A stretch of DNA of 64,000 bases, from assembly GCA_010093605.1 (NCBI GenBank), contig MU004181.1, forward strand, positions 1 to 64,000, written 5' to 3'. The DNA is from Lophium mytilinum. Its lineage: Eukaryota. Made by a program: the position numbers and the translations under genes. Shown piece by piece: positions 1 to 13,514 of the stretch; position 1 is the first letter of the stretch, and every line of letters starts with the position of its first letter. The notes below the pieces were generated by a model that was not told the origin of the DNA, searched no databases, and saw only the letters and a program-made list of their open reading frames with translations.

Positions 1-3000
1 ACTATATTATAGTAGTTATATATAGTAGTAGTTATACTAATTCTTAAGTATAAGGCTATTCTTACGCTAAACCCTTTAAGTAATTTCTATTCTATATCTA
101 TATACTCTATAGCCTCTCTATATCTACCTTAAGCTACTACTATAGCTTATAAATTAAATTAAAGTTAATAGAATACTATTATATTATATTCTAAGTATTA
201 TTCTTTATATATATACTCTATTTTATATTATAGTAGTTAAATGTAGTAGTATAAGGTTATACTATATATAATTCTTAAAGGTTAATTTTCTCTATATTAA
301 ACTTGCTTCTCCCTATCTAACTCTAACCCTCTAGCCCCTCTAGTATAGAAAAAGGCTTAAAAGTACCTATACTCTTACTACTTAATTACTTATAAGTAGA
401 ATATTATATCTTTAAGAGTAGAGTAGATATTATAGTACTATAATAAGGCGTTAAATAATACTAAGCTATTACTCTTTAGTATATTATCTGCAAACTATTC
501 TACTATAATAGAAAATATATTAACTAATTCTAGAAAACCTCTATAATTACCTAGTGCAGTTATATTTTTAATATTTACTTTAGCCTATTCTAAATATAAA
601 GAAATAATAAAGTAATTTATAGGCATATATAAATAAATATAAAAGCTAGAAGATAAAAGAAAAAGACTACTTAAGTTATTATAGAATAATTATATAATCT
701 AATATAAGATAGAATTTATTAACTACTATAATAAGTACTTTAAAAATAGAGATAAATCTATCTTATATAATAAGTTTTATAACTCTATTAATAAGTATAA
801 GTTTAAAAAATAGGTTCTTAACCTAGAGAGTCTTAAGCTAGTACTTAAGTAAACTATAACTACTTTAAACTTAACTATATTTACTCTTTCTATTTGCCGC
901 CTACCGCTATCTTCTATAGAGTCTAGTAACCTAAAGCGGACTTATAAATCTCTTTCTTAGTAGCTTTTAAGTATAGCGCCTATACTAGAAGGTAGATACT
1001 CTTAAATATTACTACCCTCTACTTTATTCTAGAAACTAAGAAGTAAGCTAACCCTATTTATTATAAGTGCAGTCTAGTTATATTATAATATAAGGTAACT
1101 TACTAACTAGATATTAGGCTAAGAATAAGAATAATTATTCTAAATTAAAGGCTAGAATATATAGGCGCGTAGATAAAAAGGCTTACTATAAGATAAAACC
1201 TAAAACTTATTTATAGGCGTATAGGTAAGATTACTCTAAAGTAATAACTATAATCTATAGTTAGGTAGATAAAAAAGGCCTTTTTTAAGGGTCTATAGAT
1301 AACTATAAGTATAAGAATATAGTTAAGACTAAAGTTAAATACGCGCGGCCTTTCTTATAGAGAATATTAGTATAATATATAGATAGGTATATACTAACTA
1401 AGTAAGTTATATAGCTAAATATATAGTATAGATTATATATCTTAGAAGAGATTAGCATTTTTAGTATAGAAAAGTAGTTAAAAGAAGAAGCCTAAAAAGA
1501 AGTACTTATAAGTTTCTATAATTAGTCTATACTAAGCTTATTATTATCTTTAATAATAATATAATATACTAGCTTAAACGCGCCCTAGAGGCCTTAGTAT
1601 ATAATAAGAAAAAAGTTAAATAACTACTTTCTAGTAACGCCGCGGTTAACTATAGTTCCGGGCGAATAATTACTAGTTTAGCTATTAGCATCTATAGGTA
1701 TTATAGAGTAGAAGCGCGTATAGTAGCGCTTTCTAATAATAATAATAGAAACTTTTAGATACTTAAATATAGTGCTATATAACTTATTAAAAGAGGCTAT
1801 AAAAGCTAGATACTTTTACTCTAATATAATAGCGTATTAGCCCTTAAATATACTATTTTAGTATATAATTACTTTATCTAGTAAACCTTTATTCTTTATA
1901 GACTAAAGCTTTAGCTATTTAGTAATTATTTTCTCTAAGTTTAATACTATCTTCTGCTAACTATACTATATATAGAGACTAGCTAGATATTAAATATAGT
2001 ACTTTTAGTCTTCTTTTTTAATAATCTAGCTCTAAGCCTACTTAACTCCTCTTCTAGTTCTTTAACTCTCTTCTTTCTCTTTTTCTTATTCTTTCTCTTA
2101 TTCTAGAAAGTTATTAGTACTACCTCTATATTCTTTACTATTAAAAATACTACCTACTCTTCTAATCTACTCTACTATCCCTACCTCTTAACCTAATTCT
2201 AAAGCTTAAGCTATATCTTAAGTAATCTATATAAGATAATCTTAGATAAGTTAAATAGCTTTATTAAGTACTTCTTACTCTAGTTATTTAGATTATTCTT
2301 AGCTTTATTAGTAAGTATATTATTATTATCTAGTATATAAGAGTAGATAGCTTTAGAAATATAGTTAAGTAGGTTAGTATAGCTCTAATTAGCGGGGATT
2401 ACTTATATAAGGGCGTTAATAAGTAGCTAGCTTTTACTAGTAAGCAAGCTAAATTAGCGCTTTTAGCCGCTAGCTAGGATAGGTAGATAATAATAGGTAG
2501 AGGTAGATATTTATAGTAGAATTTAAAGTTATAAAGGGTTTCTATATTATAGTAGAATTTAATATAAAAACTTCTAATTAGCTAAAGGCTAACTACCTAG
2601 TTAGCTTAGTAGAAACTTATTCTATAACTACTTCTAAGAACTTTTAGAGCTTCTTAAGTAATATTTTATTATTTAACTATCTACCTACTATAACTATAGA
2701 ATATATAGTAAATTCTATTATTACTTCTATCTTTCTACCTAAGGTAGCTAGAGCTAACCTACTAACTAAGAACTATAATATATTATATCCCTTCTATACT
2801 ACTTTAGTTTTTCTATAATTTCTAATAAACTAATAATATAATATTTACTAAATATATACTAATCTAAAATATATATTTCTAATTCTTTATAGTTTATAAA
2901 TATATATATAATATAATTATCTTAATATATATAATAACTATAATAATTCTACTCTATATCTATATAGATATTATATTTATAAATAGTAGAGGCGGCTATT

Positions 3001-3512
3001 AGGTTTTAAGGTTTATATATTTTAGTGCGCTATAGACTAATAGGTACGCATATAAGGTATCTAGGCTACTAACTCTATTAAGTAATATACTTAATAGTAG
3101 CTTTAGTCTACGTATAATTACCTTATACTCTACTATTTTATAATAATATAAAATATGCTAAATATAAAGTATCTTCTTATTATTTATGCGCGCGTATCTC
3201 TCTAGTAGTTATAGTTATTAGTAGTATAAAACTCTAATAGTTCTATATATAATATAACTCTATTAATATTTTTTTACTAATATCTTATTTTATTAATTAT
3301 AACTATTATCTATTATTCTTTTTATATATAGATAGTGCATTTAATATACTAGTTTAGGTTATACCTTTAGTATTATTTACATCTATTTCTTCTATTAAGG
3401 GATGCGCGTTCTAATTCTATAAAGATAGTAATTAGAATGCGGGCCCTATATACTAGTGCGCCTACTAATAAAATAATTAAAATAGGCCTATATTTTAATT
3501 AATTTTATATAT

Positions 3513-5039
3513 TAGCTTACGCCTCTATACTTCTATTTCTTCTTTAGCTTTATATTCTTATTACTCTTAAATATAAGCCTATTATCTATATATATTTAAG
3601 CCCTAATATAATATAAAGCTCCTTTTAAAGGCTAGAAGTAAATAGGCCTTATTTTAATTTTTTCTAGTAAGCGCGCAGTATTACTAGATATTAATAGCGG
3701 TATAATTACTCTTTTAATTACCTACTACTATAATACCCTTATAATAAGTAACTAACTAATAGCTTTAGCGCCTCTATTATTCTATACTCTATAGAGTACT
3801 TCCCTTCTTAACTATTTACTATAGTAAAGACTTTATATATAAAGTAGACTATAATAGAGTATACTTTTATAATAAGTTCTATTAAGGCTAGAATACTATT
3901 AGATAGTACTACTAGCCCTCTAATATAGATACTACCTAGGCCTATAGATAAGAAGTATATAAAAAGAAGAACTATAAAAGCTTAGAAGTAGACTAGAAGA
4001 AATACTATATATATATAGCTTATTATAGTAAATAAATAGAAATTAAGCCTTATAATTAGAACTATAAGAAATTATTACTTTTTCCCTTTTCTATATTATT
4101 AAATACCTTATAATTCTTATAATTCTCTTAATAGATATACCTATTACCGGCTATTAAAGAAGCTATAGCTTTTATACCTAAAACTAATAACTTATAACTC
4201 TACCTATTACTTATTTAAACGCCCTATATTAATTTCTATTAAATTTAAATATTAATAGCCTATATATAAGCTAGCTAGCTACTATTTTTAAAGCTATAGC
4301 TATACTATAGGCTATATCTATAGCTTAAGCCTCTTAATAGTTCTTATCTAATTTCTATAATCTATATCTATACCTACGCCTATACTATATCTATATCTAC
4401 GCCTATACTATATCTATATCTATACTATACCTATATCTATACCTATATATATAATACTATAATAGCTGCAATTCTTCTATAATAATAGAAGGAAATATAG
4501 TATACTATAAAGCTCTAGCTTTATCTAGCTTTATTATAGCTAGTACTATAATTACTATATAGTAGTATATATATAATTATACTAGAAATTAGTATATAGT
4601 TTAGCTATATATTAGAAATAACGCTAATTATTAATTTAGCTCTAGCTATAAGCTATAAGCCTTACTACTTAATATTAATTTAAACACGTTTAAACTTACC
4701 TATTTTACCTAGTATAATAATATATAGCTACTAGGCCTACTAAGAATAAAAGAAAAAACTTTCTAGCTTATATATATTTATTATTTATTATAGCTAGATA
4801 CCTAGCTAGAAGAAGAGAGAAGGGGGGGCTTCTTTAGAGAGGGGAGATATATTATAGCTATATATTTAAGTATACTATTATATAAGCTATACTATAGTAA
4901 TATATTAGCCTAAGCTATATAAGTAGCCTATAGCCTATAACTATAGCTTATACCTTTATACTTCTATTTCTTCTTTAGCTTTATATTCTTATTACTCTTA
5001 AATATAATTCTATTACCTATATATAATTAAGCTCTAATA
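3513..5039 (+). mobile_element. Short RIP-degraded LTR element (internally deleted or non-autonomous), abutting the Gypsy pol remnant
   Basis: A ~96-bp direct repeat at 3513-3608 and 4944-5039, both ending CTAATA (RIP form of ...ACA). A purine tract at ~4808-4849 precedes the downstream copy, giving a putative 3' LTR at ~4850-5039. Confidence 0.55.
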
Positions 5040-7659
5040 GTAGCGCTAGTTATAAGTAATACTATTTAAAATAAATATAGTAATAGAAATATAGATAAAT
5101 TAACTAAGTAGCTAAGCTATATAATAAGTAGCCTATTAGCTAACTCTATACCTAGCTCTTTATTTAAGAAACTTTCTTATTATTTTATACTTAACCTATT
5201 ACCTACTATAAGCCTTTATCTTAATTTCTTCTAGCTTACGCCTATTACTATATAGAAAGATAGTACTCTCTCTACTATAGAATTTAATTCTAATAATAAG
5301 CTAGCACAGTTACTTAGTAACCTAATTAGTAATATATATTATCTACTAGCGCTACTAAATAAACTAATAGACTTTATAGTATATTCTCTAATAATACTTA
5401 TATAGAATAAAGCCTATACTCTATTTATAGAACTTTAATAACTATTAAATAACCTTAATATAGGCGCGTTTAAGGTTATTAGTAAAGATAATAAAGCGCA
5501 CCTATATTATTATAGCTAACTCTATATACTAGATTATATAGTACTATACTTATAACTACTCTAAGTCTTATATATAGTACTAGCTAGTAGTTACCTAAAA
5601 AAGTATAGAATATATAAGCTACTCTAAAGATATTACTTCTAGCCTAAAATAATAAACTTAGTAAAGTAATTTACTAAAGCCTAATATAGTTACTACTAAG
5701 CTAAAGCCTTTAAAAGTAAGAAGTAAAGCCTACTTTATAGCTTATCTATAGGGAAATACTATTAGATAAATATTATATTTAACTTTATTATAGATCTTTC
5801 TTTTTATATTAGAAATAGTATTAAGTATACCTTAATTCTTATTATTATTAACTACTTATCTAAGTAATAATACTATATTTCTATAGTAGATATAATAGCT
5901 AAAGAGGTTATAGATATATTTATATAAGAGATTTTCTATCTATATAGACTTCTATAGAGAATTATTAATAACTTAGAAACTAATTTTACTTTAGACTTCT
6001 AGTACTATATTTATACGCGCCTAGGGGTAAACCTATAGATATTAATAGTATATTATTCTAAAATAGATAGATAAACTAAAAATACTAACTTATTTATAAA
6101 AGCCTTTCTATAGCTATTTATTAACTACTAATAAAGTAACTAGATTAACTAACTACCTATTAGTAAATTTATTATAAATAATATAGTTAATACTTCTATA
6201 GAGTTTTTACTATTTTTCTTTAACTATAGATTCTATCTAAAATAAGATATAGAGCTACTAGCTCTACTAGAATAAGGCCTAGTATACTATACGCGTATAA
6301 ATTTAACTCTTACTAACTAATATATTACTTACCTATAAGAAGTACTTATAGAGGGCTAGTAATAAATAACTTAGATAAAAGATAAGTAAGCTAAGTTTAC
6401 TAACTATTCTATAACCTACTACTGCTAATAAGAGTAGGTAATTAGGTTTAGCTTAACGCCTATAATATTAAAATAGAGTATAAGAATAAGTTTTTAGACT
6501 ATAAAAATATTAAACTATATTAAATTAAAAAAGTTATTAACTATAGTACTATATATAAGCTTAAGCTTCTATAAAATATACTAGCTAAATAGGTATAGCT
6601 AGTTTTCTTACTATACTTACTATATCTCTATAATATCTAGCCTATTAAAGGCTAATAATAACTAGAGCTACTACCTATAGTAGTTATTAATAATAAAGAA
6701 TAAAAGAATATAGAGTATTCTATTAATAATATTATTATAAGTAAATAGCACTAATTTAGCTACTATTAAGAACTATAATATAAACCCTAGTAGACTAGAT
6801 ATACTAAGCTAAGTAAATAGTAGAATTAGAGTTATTTTAAAGGAGAGAAAGTATATAAACTTATATAGTATTTCTATTAACTATACCTATATAAGAATAG
6901 GCCCTATAAGAACTTTCTAAAACTACTAGAAAAATAGTACTATAATAAGAATCTAGACTTAAATAATATACCTAAGTAACTAGCCGCGTAATTTAGAGCT
7001 CTATAGCTAGAATTAGTTAAAGTTAATAGCTTAAAGATTATAATATAAGCTATAAAGTTAGCTAGCTAATTAAAGTAAAACTAAATACTTTACTTTAGTT
7101 AGATTCTCTACTATATATTTCTACTAAGTTATTAAAGAAGGTTATTATCTAGTAATACTATAAGTATACTACTATAAGACTATAGGTTTATCTATAATTA
7201 TAGATTATAGTATAGTATATATTTTTAACTTTAAGCTAAGTATACTAAAGTTATATAGGCTACTAATATTTAGATAAAATACTTACTAATATTTAACTCT
7301 ATAACTCTAAACTTAAATAACCCTTCTATTATAATTAGTTTTTCTATTATAACTATAGCTATCTACTATATACTTTCTATAGCTTTAAGCCCTATAGTTA
7401 CTTTATCTTATAGTTTATCTAGCTCTTATTTAAAGGAGGCGTTTTCTCTTTAAAGGGGGGTTAGTATAATAAATCTAGGCCTTTTTTCTAGCTATAAATC
7501 TAGCACGTGCCTAGTAGTTATATACTTACTAGAAATATTATTATTCTACTACTAGCGTACCTCTCTAGATAGATTATAAGTAGCCTTATACTTTAGGTTC
7601 TTATAGTATATCTTATAATATAATTCTACTTCTTACTTAATATATCTATATACTTTACA
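5040..7659 (+). mobile_element. RIP-inactivated Ty3/Gypsy (chromovirus-like) retrotransposon 3' half: integrase, chromodomain, PPT, 3' LTR
   Basis: 6021-6090 reads LGVNL*ILIVYYSKIDR*TKNTN; reversing C>T/G>A changes gives the Gypsy integrase motif LGVNLRMSTAYHPETDGQTENTN. Chromodomain-like remnant at ~6660-6900. PPT AAAGGGGGG at 7452-7460, then a putative LTR 7465-7659 (TATAAT...TTACA). Confidence 0.8.
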
Positions 7660-7779
7660 GCCTATAATATAGAAATAAGTAAGAAAAGATATAGTTATAA
7701 GTAGTATTTTCTTTTTTCTCTTCTTTCTACTAAGATATAGATACTAGTAGATAGAAAGAAGATATATTCTAGATAGAAA

Positions 7780-8085
7780 AGAGAGTTAAATTAATATACT
7801 AGTAAAGAAAGCGGACTAAGATTTATATTAATTTAGTAGGTTAAATTAATTTTCTAAGAAAGAAAGTTAAGAAAGCGGGTTAAGTTATATATTAATTTAG
7901 TAGGTTAAATTAATATTTTAAAAGAGTAAGAAGGTTAAATTAATATTAGATAGATTAATATTTTAAAATAGTAAGAGAGTTAAATTAATATTCTAGTTAT
8001 AGTAATTCTATTAAATTAATTTAGTTATATTTAAATATAGAGTTAAAATAAATTTACTATTTACTACTATTTACTACTATTTATA
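7780..8085. repeat. Degenerate short tandem repeats at the edge of the RIP block
   Basis: AAGAAAGCGG...TATATTAATTTAGTAGGTTAAATTAAT occurs twice, GTTAAATTAAT recurs further, and (ATTTACTACT)n lies at ~8052-8082. Confidence 0.6.
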
Positions 8086-8526
8086 TTTAGCTTTATTAAT
8101 AGTAATATAACTCTATTTCTTAGCTATAAATCTAATATTATCTTATAGACCCTTTTTAGACCTACTTAAATATCTCCCGCTATCTTACCGCTCTCGCAAC
8201 CTAGAAGCCGACGTCCCGATTCGAGGTCCGATGCGGACTCCGCTACGAGCACGAGCCATAGCAGTAAGCAGGTCCGGAGCCGCATTACTATTAAGCCACA
8301 CCGGCCAACGACAGATATTTCGATACTAAGTAAGCTTCGAATCAATCTTAAATTCTATACTTTCTTAGATTCTATTCTTTCTTTATCTCAATGGAGCCAA
8401 GCAAAATCAAAACCCTGATCCGGAAGTGGTTGCTTGAGACAGATAGATCGATCGCATATAGCATCACGCCCGAATCGCCCTTCTATTACGAGCGGGAGGA
8501 GCAAAACCAATAGACCTCCAACGACG

Positions 8527-10324
8527 ATGTTCTCGTCAGAGGCTGATGTGGACGAGGTAAGAGCTTCACATCGAAAGCACTTTCTCCCGTTACTCTAACT
8601 CACGACTCAGGCCCATGCTATAATCGCCCAAACGTTCTCCACGGGCACCACAAAGCCACTCGCCTGGCGCAGATGGCAACTCAAGCAGGTCTGGTGGATG
8701 CTTACGGACTATGAACCTCAAATTCTTGCCGCGCTGCACGCCGACCTCCACAAACCAGCCTGGGAATCGCACATTACGGACATCTTGGCCTTGAAACAAG
8801 ACGTTCTCGCGACGCTCTCTAATCTCCAAACATGGACGAAGGACACCCACCCAGGTGGTAGTCTAGTGAACCATCTTGGGCGTACAACCATCCGCAAAGA
8901 ACCCCTTGGCGCCGCGCTAATCATCGGGACATGGAATTTCCCATTCTTGGTAACGCTGCAGCCGATGCTTGCTGCTATTGCGGCAGGATGTACGGTACTG
9001 TTGAAGCCGTCGGAAGTAGCGCCGGCGAGTCAAGACCTCATGGTGGAGATGGTAGAGAAGTACCTCGATTCTACCGCGATTCGCATTGTCACGGGTGGCG
9101 CCACCGAAATGCGCCACATCCTCAGCAGGAAATACGGCATGATCTTCTACACCGGCTCGCCATCGATTGCGCGTGTTGTAGCGAGAGCATCGGCGGAGCA
9201 CTTGACTCCCACTGTTTTGGAGCTCGGCGGGCAGGGTCCAGCGATCGTGGCGAAAGATGCCGATGTGGATTTGGCGGCAAAACGCATTGCGGCGGCGAAG
9301 TTCCTGAATGCAGGACAGATCTGCTTGAGCGTGAACCATGTGTTTGTTGAACCGGAGGTGAAGATGAGGTTGCTAGAAAGGTTGTGGTATTGGTTTGACC
9401 GATTCAATGATGGCGGAGAGGATTGGGAGGGGATGTGTCGAATTGTCAGCGAGAAGCACTACGACAGGGTCGTAAGCTTATTAGAGAAGACGAAAGGAAA
9501 AGTTGTGTATGGAGGAAAGAGAAACAGAGTGAAAAGATTTCTTGAGCCGACGGTGGTTGTGGATTTGGATGTCAATGGTAGGCCAGCTCTTCTACAGCAT
9601 CTCGTCTTTGATGTCGGTAACGACTTTCAGTGCCTCAAAAGAAGTCGCAGACCTGATTCGAACTTTTTAAGCTTCTTACTACCCCGAATCTGCACTCTTC
9701 GAATACTGACGGCCTCCAGATCCTTTACTTTCAGTCGAGCTTTTCGCTCCCATTCTCCCAATCGTCACAGCTTCGATAGCCGATGCAATCGCCCACATCA
9801 ATTCGCACCCGCCTCCACTCGCACTCTACCCCTTCACCAGCTCCTTGGCTGTGTCGCGTAAGATTCTCGACTCCACTGTCTCCGGCGGCGCAAGCATCAA
9901 CGATGCGATGATACACGCCTCCCTCGCGAACGCTCCTTTTGGCGGCGTTGGCGAAAGCGGTCACGGTGCCTACCACGGTGTATATGGAGTGAACGCTTTC
10001 AGCCACCTGCGAACCGTGGTAAACCTACCGACGTGGATGGATCTTCTCATGAGCGGACGATATCCGCCGTATGATATGAGTAGGTTGAAAAGGATGAGGA
10101 AAGGACTAGGTGTGCCGGATACACCGTCCTTCAAGCGCGGCGAAGGCGTGGACGATCAATCGGAGAAGCGCTTCGGAGTTCGAAGCATGCTAACCACGCT
10201 CGTAGTACTACTTCTTGGGGTGTTGAGTGTTCTGTTCCAGGTCCAACTTGACGGTGATGTTGGCAAGTTAAGGGTGGCGCTGGAGGAGACTTCGCGACGG
10301 ATAACGAGCGCCATGGTGATGTGA
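8527..10324 (+). CDS. Aldehyde dehydrogenase, ALDH3/fatty-aldehyde (HFD1/CarD-like) family, with C-terminal membrane anchor; exons 8527-8556, 8611-9577, 9720-10324
   Basis: Motifs WNFP, FYTGS, VLELGGQ, AGQICLS (catalytic Cys), ELFAPILP and PFGGVGESG. GT-AG introns join the frames. Hydrophobic C-terminal segment. Confidence 0.93.
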
Positions 10325-10444
10325 GAAGAGAACGCGGGCTGGAATCTCTGGCGTTCGATAGTGTATCAAAACGTGTAAGATAGTATAGTTCAATTCTTGA
10401 AAGGAAAAGTCCAACTCAGAACACTTCGAAATTAGCTGCCGAAC

Positions 10445-11621
10445 TTAGTCTATCAACACACTGGGCGCGGTACGAAATGATAAGACCGCACCGCAGAGTC
10501 CGTCGGAAATCCAGGGAATCGGCGGTTTCCCGAGCGGCCAGACGCGTCCGCCAATTCTCATCTCCGAGAGACTCTCACGATACGGCATGACCATCTCGAA
10601 TGTCTTCAATTCCATGCTTTTGGCCTGCACTTCAACCAATCGAACGACCACGGGTTCGTTCTCAAGCCATCCACGTTTCAGTTGCTCGCCAGCTAAATCA
10701 TCGCGGTGACACGATGTGATGTCTACGCGCAGATGTTGCAGGCTTTTCATCGAGGCGATTGTCTTCCAGATGAGACCCCATGCGCGGTTAGCCGCAGTCC
10801 AATTTCTTGTGCCATCGGTTGCAGCTAGAGGCGTATCCAAACCATAGGGTACTGCTGGAGGCATATCCACGGTGATACGTCGCACGAGCTGTAGTGATCT
10901 GATGGCATTGAAAGCGTCCGGTTGCATAATCGCGGGTAGGTAAAACTTTACTAGTGAGCTGTTCGCGCTGAACGCTTCCATTCTCATGCAAAAAGTATTG
11001 GTGGAGTACAGGAATAGGATAGCTTCCTGATAGCTTGGAAAGTTTAGCTAATTGTCTCACAGATGTTACGAGCTTCGCGGCACGTGCGAGACAAGTCGAT
11101 TTATAGTTTCAGATGGCGTGGCAGGAACAAGAGGTAGCAAATAAGCACACTCACATTTGCATACAAGTCATAAGCATTTGCAACGGCTTGTGGCGATACC
11201 CAAAACTCCTCCTCCGATTCCGCGCGAAATGCCCACATGCGCACTTCCACCCATCCGGCCAATGACAGTCGTACGCTTCCAGGACCCTCTGCACTGCCTT
11301 CAAGTGGATAACGTGTCCACCCAGCGTCTGCTCATAAATCATTGCGCGGATTTCCGGAGGCAGCTTTGTGAGGAACAGGGATTGCGACTGCGTTGTCCGA
11401 GGAACGATATCTTGATGGGCTGGGCGACTGAGTGGCATACCATGAGCGTCTAGCGTTGCGGGGCAGCGTGGTTTTGGAGGTCTCGAGGCATAGTATTGAC
11501 CTGCCCGTTCGTGCGCAGCTACGGCAATGACCACTGGGCAGCAAAGTACGCACAAAAGCATGCTCTGGGTTCGCTCCCATACGATCTTAAGGGCACGTAA
11601 CGGCTTCTGGGAATTCGACAT
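10445..11621 (-). CDS. F-box-like (DUF7730-type) protein, paralog 1; exons 11621-11155, 11033-10445
   Basis: FLTKLPPEIRAMIYEQTLGG motif. Splicing a phase-2 intron gives TCMQI-YQEAILFLYSTNTF. Later WKTIASMKSLQHLRV. Confidence 0.85.
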
Positions 11622-11913
11622 GAGCGCGCTGTCAACTGTTCGCTAGGTAGCGCAGAGAGAGGATGAGGTTGCGAAGAAACGAGGAAAAGCGGGGTTAAAG
11701 CATGTTTACCTAGGTACCGGTCAAGAGCAAGGATTAATGGCGTGGAACGCCGACTGGTCTTTGCAGGCGAGGGCCTTTAGATTAGAACTTTGTTTCGATC
11801 CTTACTTCTACTCTTACGTAGATTGCCAAGGATTGAGTCTGGACGTATACCTTATTAAAGTAAGGTTGTTGGCAGAAGCTGGGTTTGGCAAGAAGCCCGC
11901 AACGCATACATCT

Positions 11914-13050
11914 TCAATCCGCTACCCTCCAAATCGGATATACAGTCCCTCCAATTTCTATGTCGCTCACAGACACAGCCCCGTAAGCTCCTAAGCCATA
12001 GGCATCCCGTATGTCTGTAGCCGGGGCTCTGATCTCAAAGCTCTGCAGTATTTTCTGCTCCATCTGCACTTCCACCACCCGTACAGCCTCCGCCTCGATA
12101 TACAACCACTCTTCCCGCACTTCCTGTCTTCTCCAGAAGCTGTCATACCGCTCCACCATTATGTTGACGCGCAGATGCTGTAAACCTTTCATGGATGCAA
12201 TTGCCCGCCATGCAGAAGCCCATTCGTGGTCGATCAAGTAGCGGTATGGTGGCGGCTCCCTAATGCGATGAAGAAGATTCAAGGATTTGATGGCGTTGAG
12301 GGACTCTGGTGGAAGGACATTGGTGATGCAAGTCTGTGGCAGTGATGGCATTAAGAGATCTAGGTCCAGGGAGAAGGCGTTGGTAGAGTACAGAATCGAC
12401 ATTGAGATGGACATCGCTTCGTAGTAGCTGCTATGAGTCAGTTGCATAGTCTCTGTAATCTCGCGGTGTGAAAGATGTGTACAGTCGCCATGACAATGCA
12501 ATGATTGATCCTCGACTTTCTTGCTAGTTGAAGCGTCCCGAGTGAGTTGGGCCAGCTCTTCGTCTAAGCAGCACCGAACAGAACAAGGTACAAGCATGAG
12601 GAGATATTGGACTCACATCTGCCTACAAGCGAACAGCATCGAGAGCAAGCTCGCCGGCCCTTCGAATGGTGCAACATCATCATACTCACAGCGCCAATCC
12701 CCGTCAGCTGCTCCGTATCTACACTCATGGGCCTCCAAGACGCCGGTAAGCGACTCGGACTGTGATGTCTTGGGCACGTTTAGATGGAGAACATGACCGC
12801 CCAGCACCTCTCGATAGATGGCATCGCGGAGCTCGGCAGGAAGTTTAAAGAGACTAGACTCGGGCTGGGTGATTTGGGGTACAACATTCGGATCTCGCGG
12901 TCGGAGTGGCAGTGGAAAAGAGGTGGATGCTTCGGCGCGTCGCGTTACGCCTTTCGGACTCTTTCGACGGACACCGGACTTTTGGTCGAGCGTGATGCCT
13001 CCGCCGCAGCGGAACGGGACGCAGACAATGGAGGTGAGGTTGCCAAGCAT
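11914..13050 (-). CDS. F-box-like (DUF7730-type) protein, paralog 2; exons 13050-12617, 12427-11914
   Basis: LFKLPAELRDAIYREVLGG, spliced ACRQI-YYEA...LYSTNAF, and WRAIASMKGLQHLRV. Confidence 0.85.
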
Positions 13051-13514
13051 GGCGTCAGAGCAGCAACGCGCGAGACTCGAGCGCGCCGTGTATGAGGAAG
13101 AGAGTCCACTGTCGTTATCATGAAGCCAACGAGACGCCCTGCCGCGAGGCGGTGCTGTGTGCAGATCGCTCCAAGATGCCCCCCTACTCTCCTAACCATA
13201 GGTAGTATCGCTCTTCTCACCCATTTTCAATGCAAAGCTCAAAATCGTCTCCATTCCTGGAATTATCTCAATCCTTCAATTTTTTGGTGCTGAATCTTCT
13301 TCTTTTCAAGACCAATTGGAAGGCTGCACGTGGTTCGTGTGGCGCAGCATGTGGGGTTTCGTTCGAGGTCAGCCACACGATGAATTTCAGGCATCCCCCG
13401 CCGTCCTGCTAAGCTTCAGCCGCGACCTGGGAGCCATGTTCTTCCATCCCACAACTAGAAATCGAACGATTCCCTGTAGACATTTGAGTGCGAAAGAATA
13501 GCTCGACGGCTTTC

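Larger units (their letters stand above)
1..8170. repeat. AT-rich RIP-mutated transposon graveyard (heterochromatin-like block)
   Basis: Extreme AT content, TpA excess, near absence of CpA/TpG, and no ORF >60 aa in the track. Abrupt switch to normal composition at ~8,170-8,200. Confidence 0.95.

Noticed and set aside
1..3400. Possible DNA-transposon or LINE remnants
   Set aside because: Too RIP-degraded to assign a family from the sequence alone.
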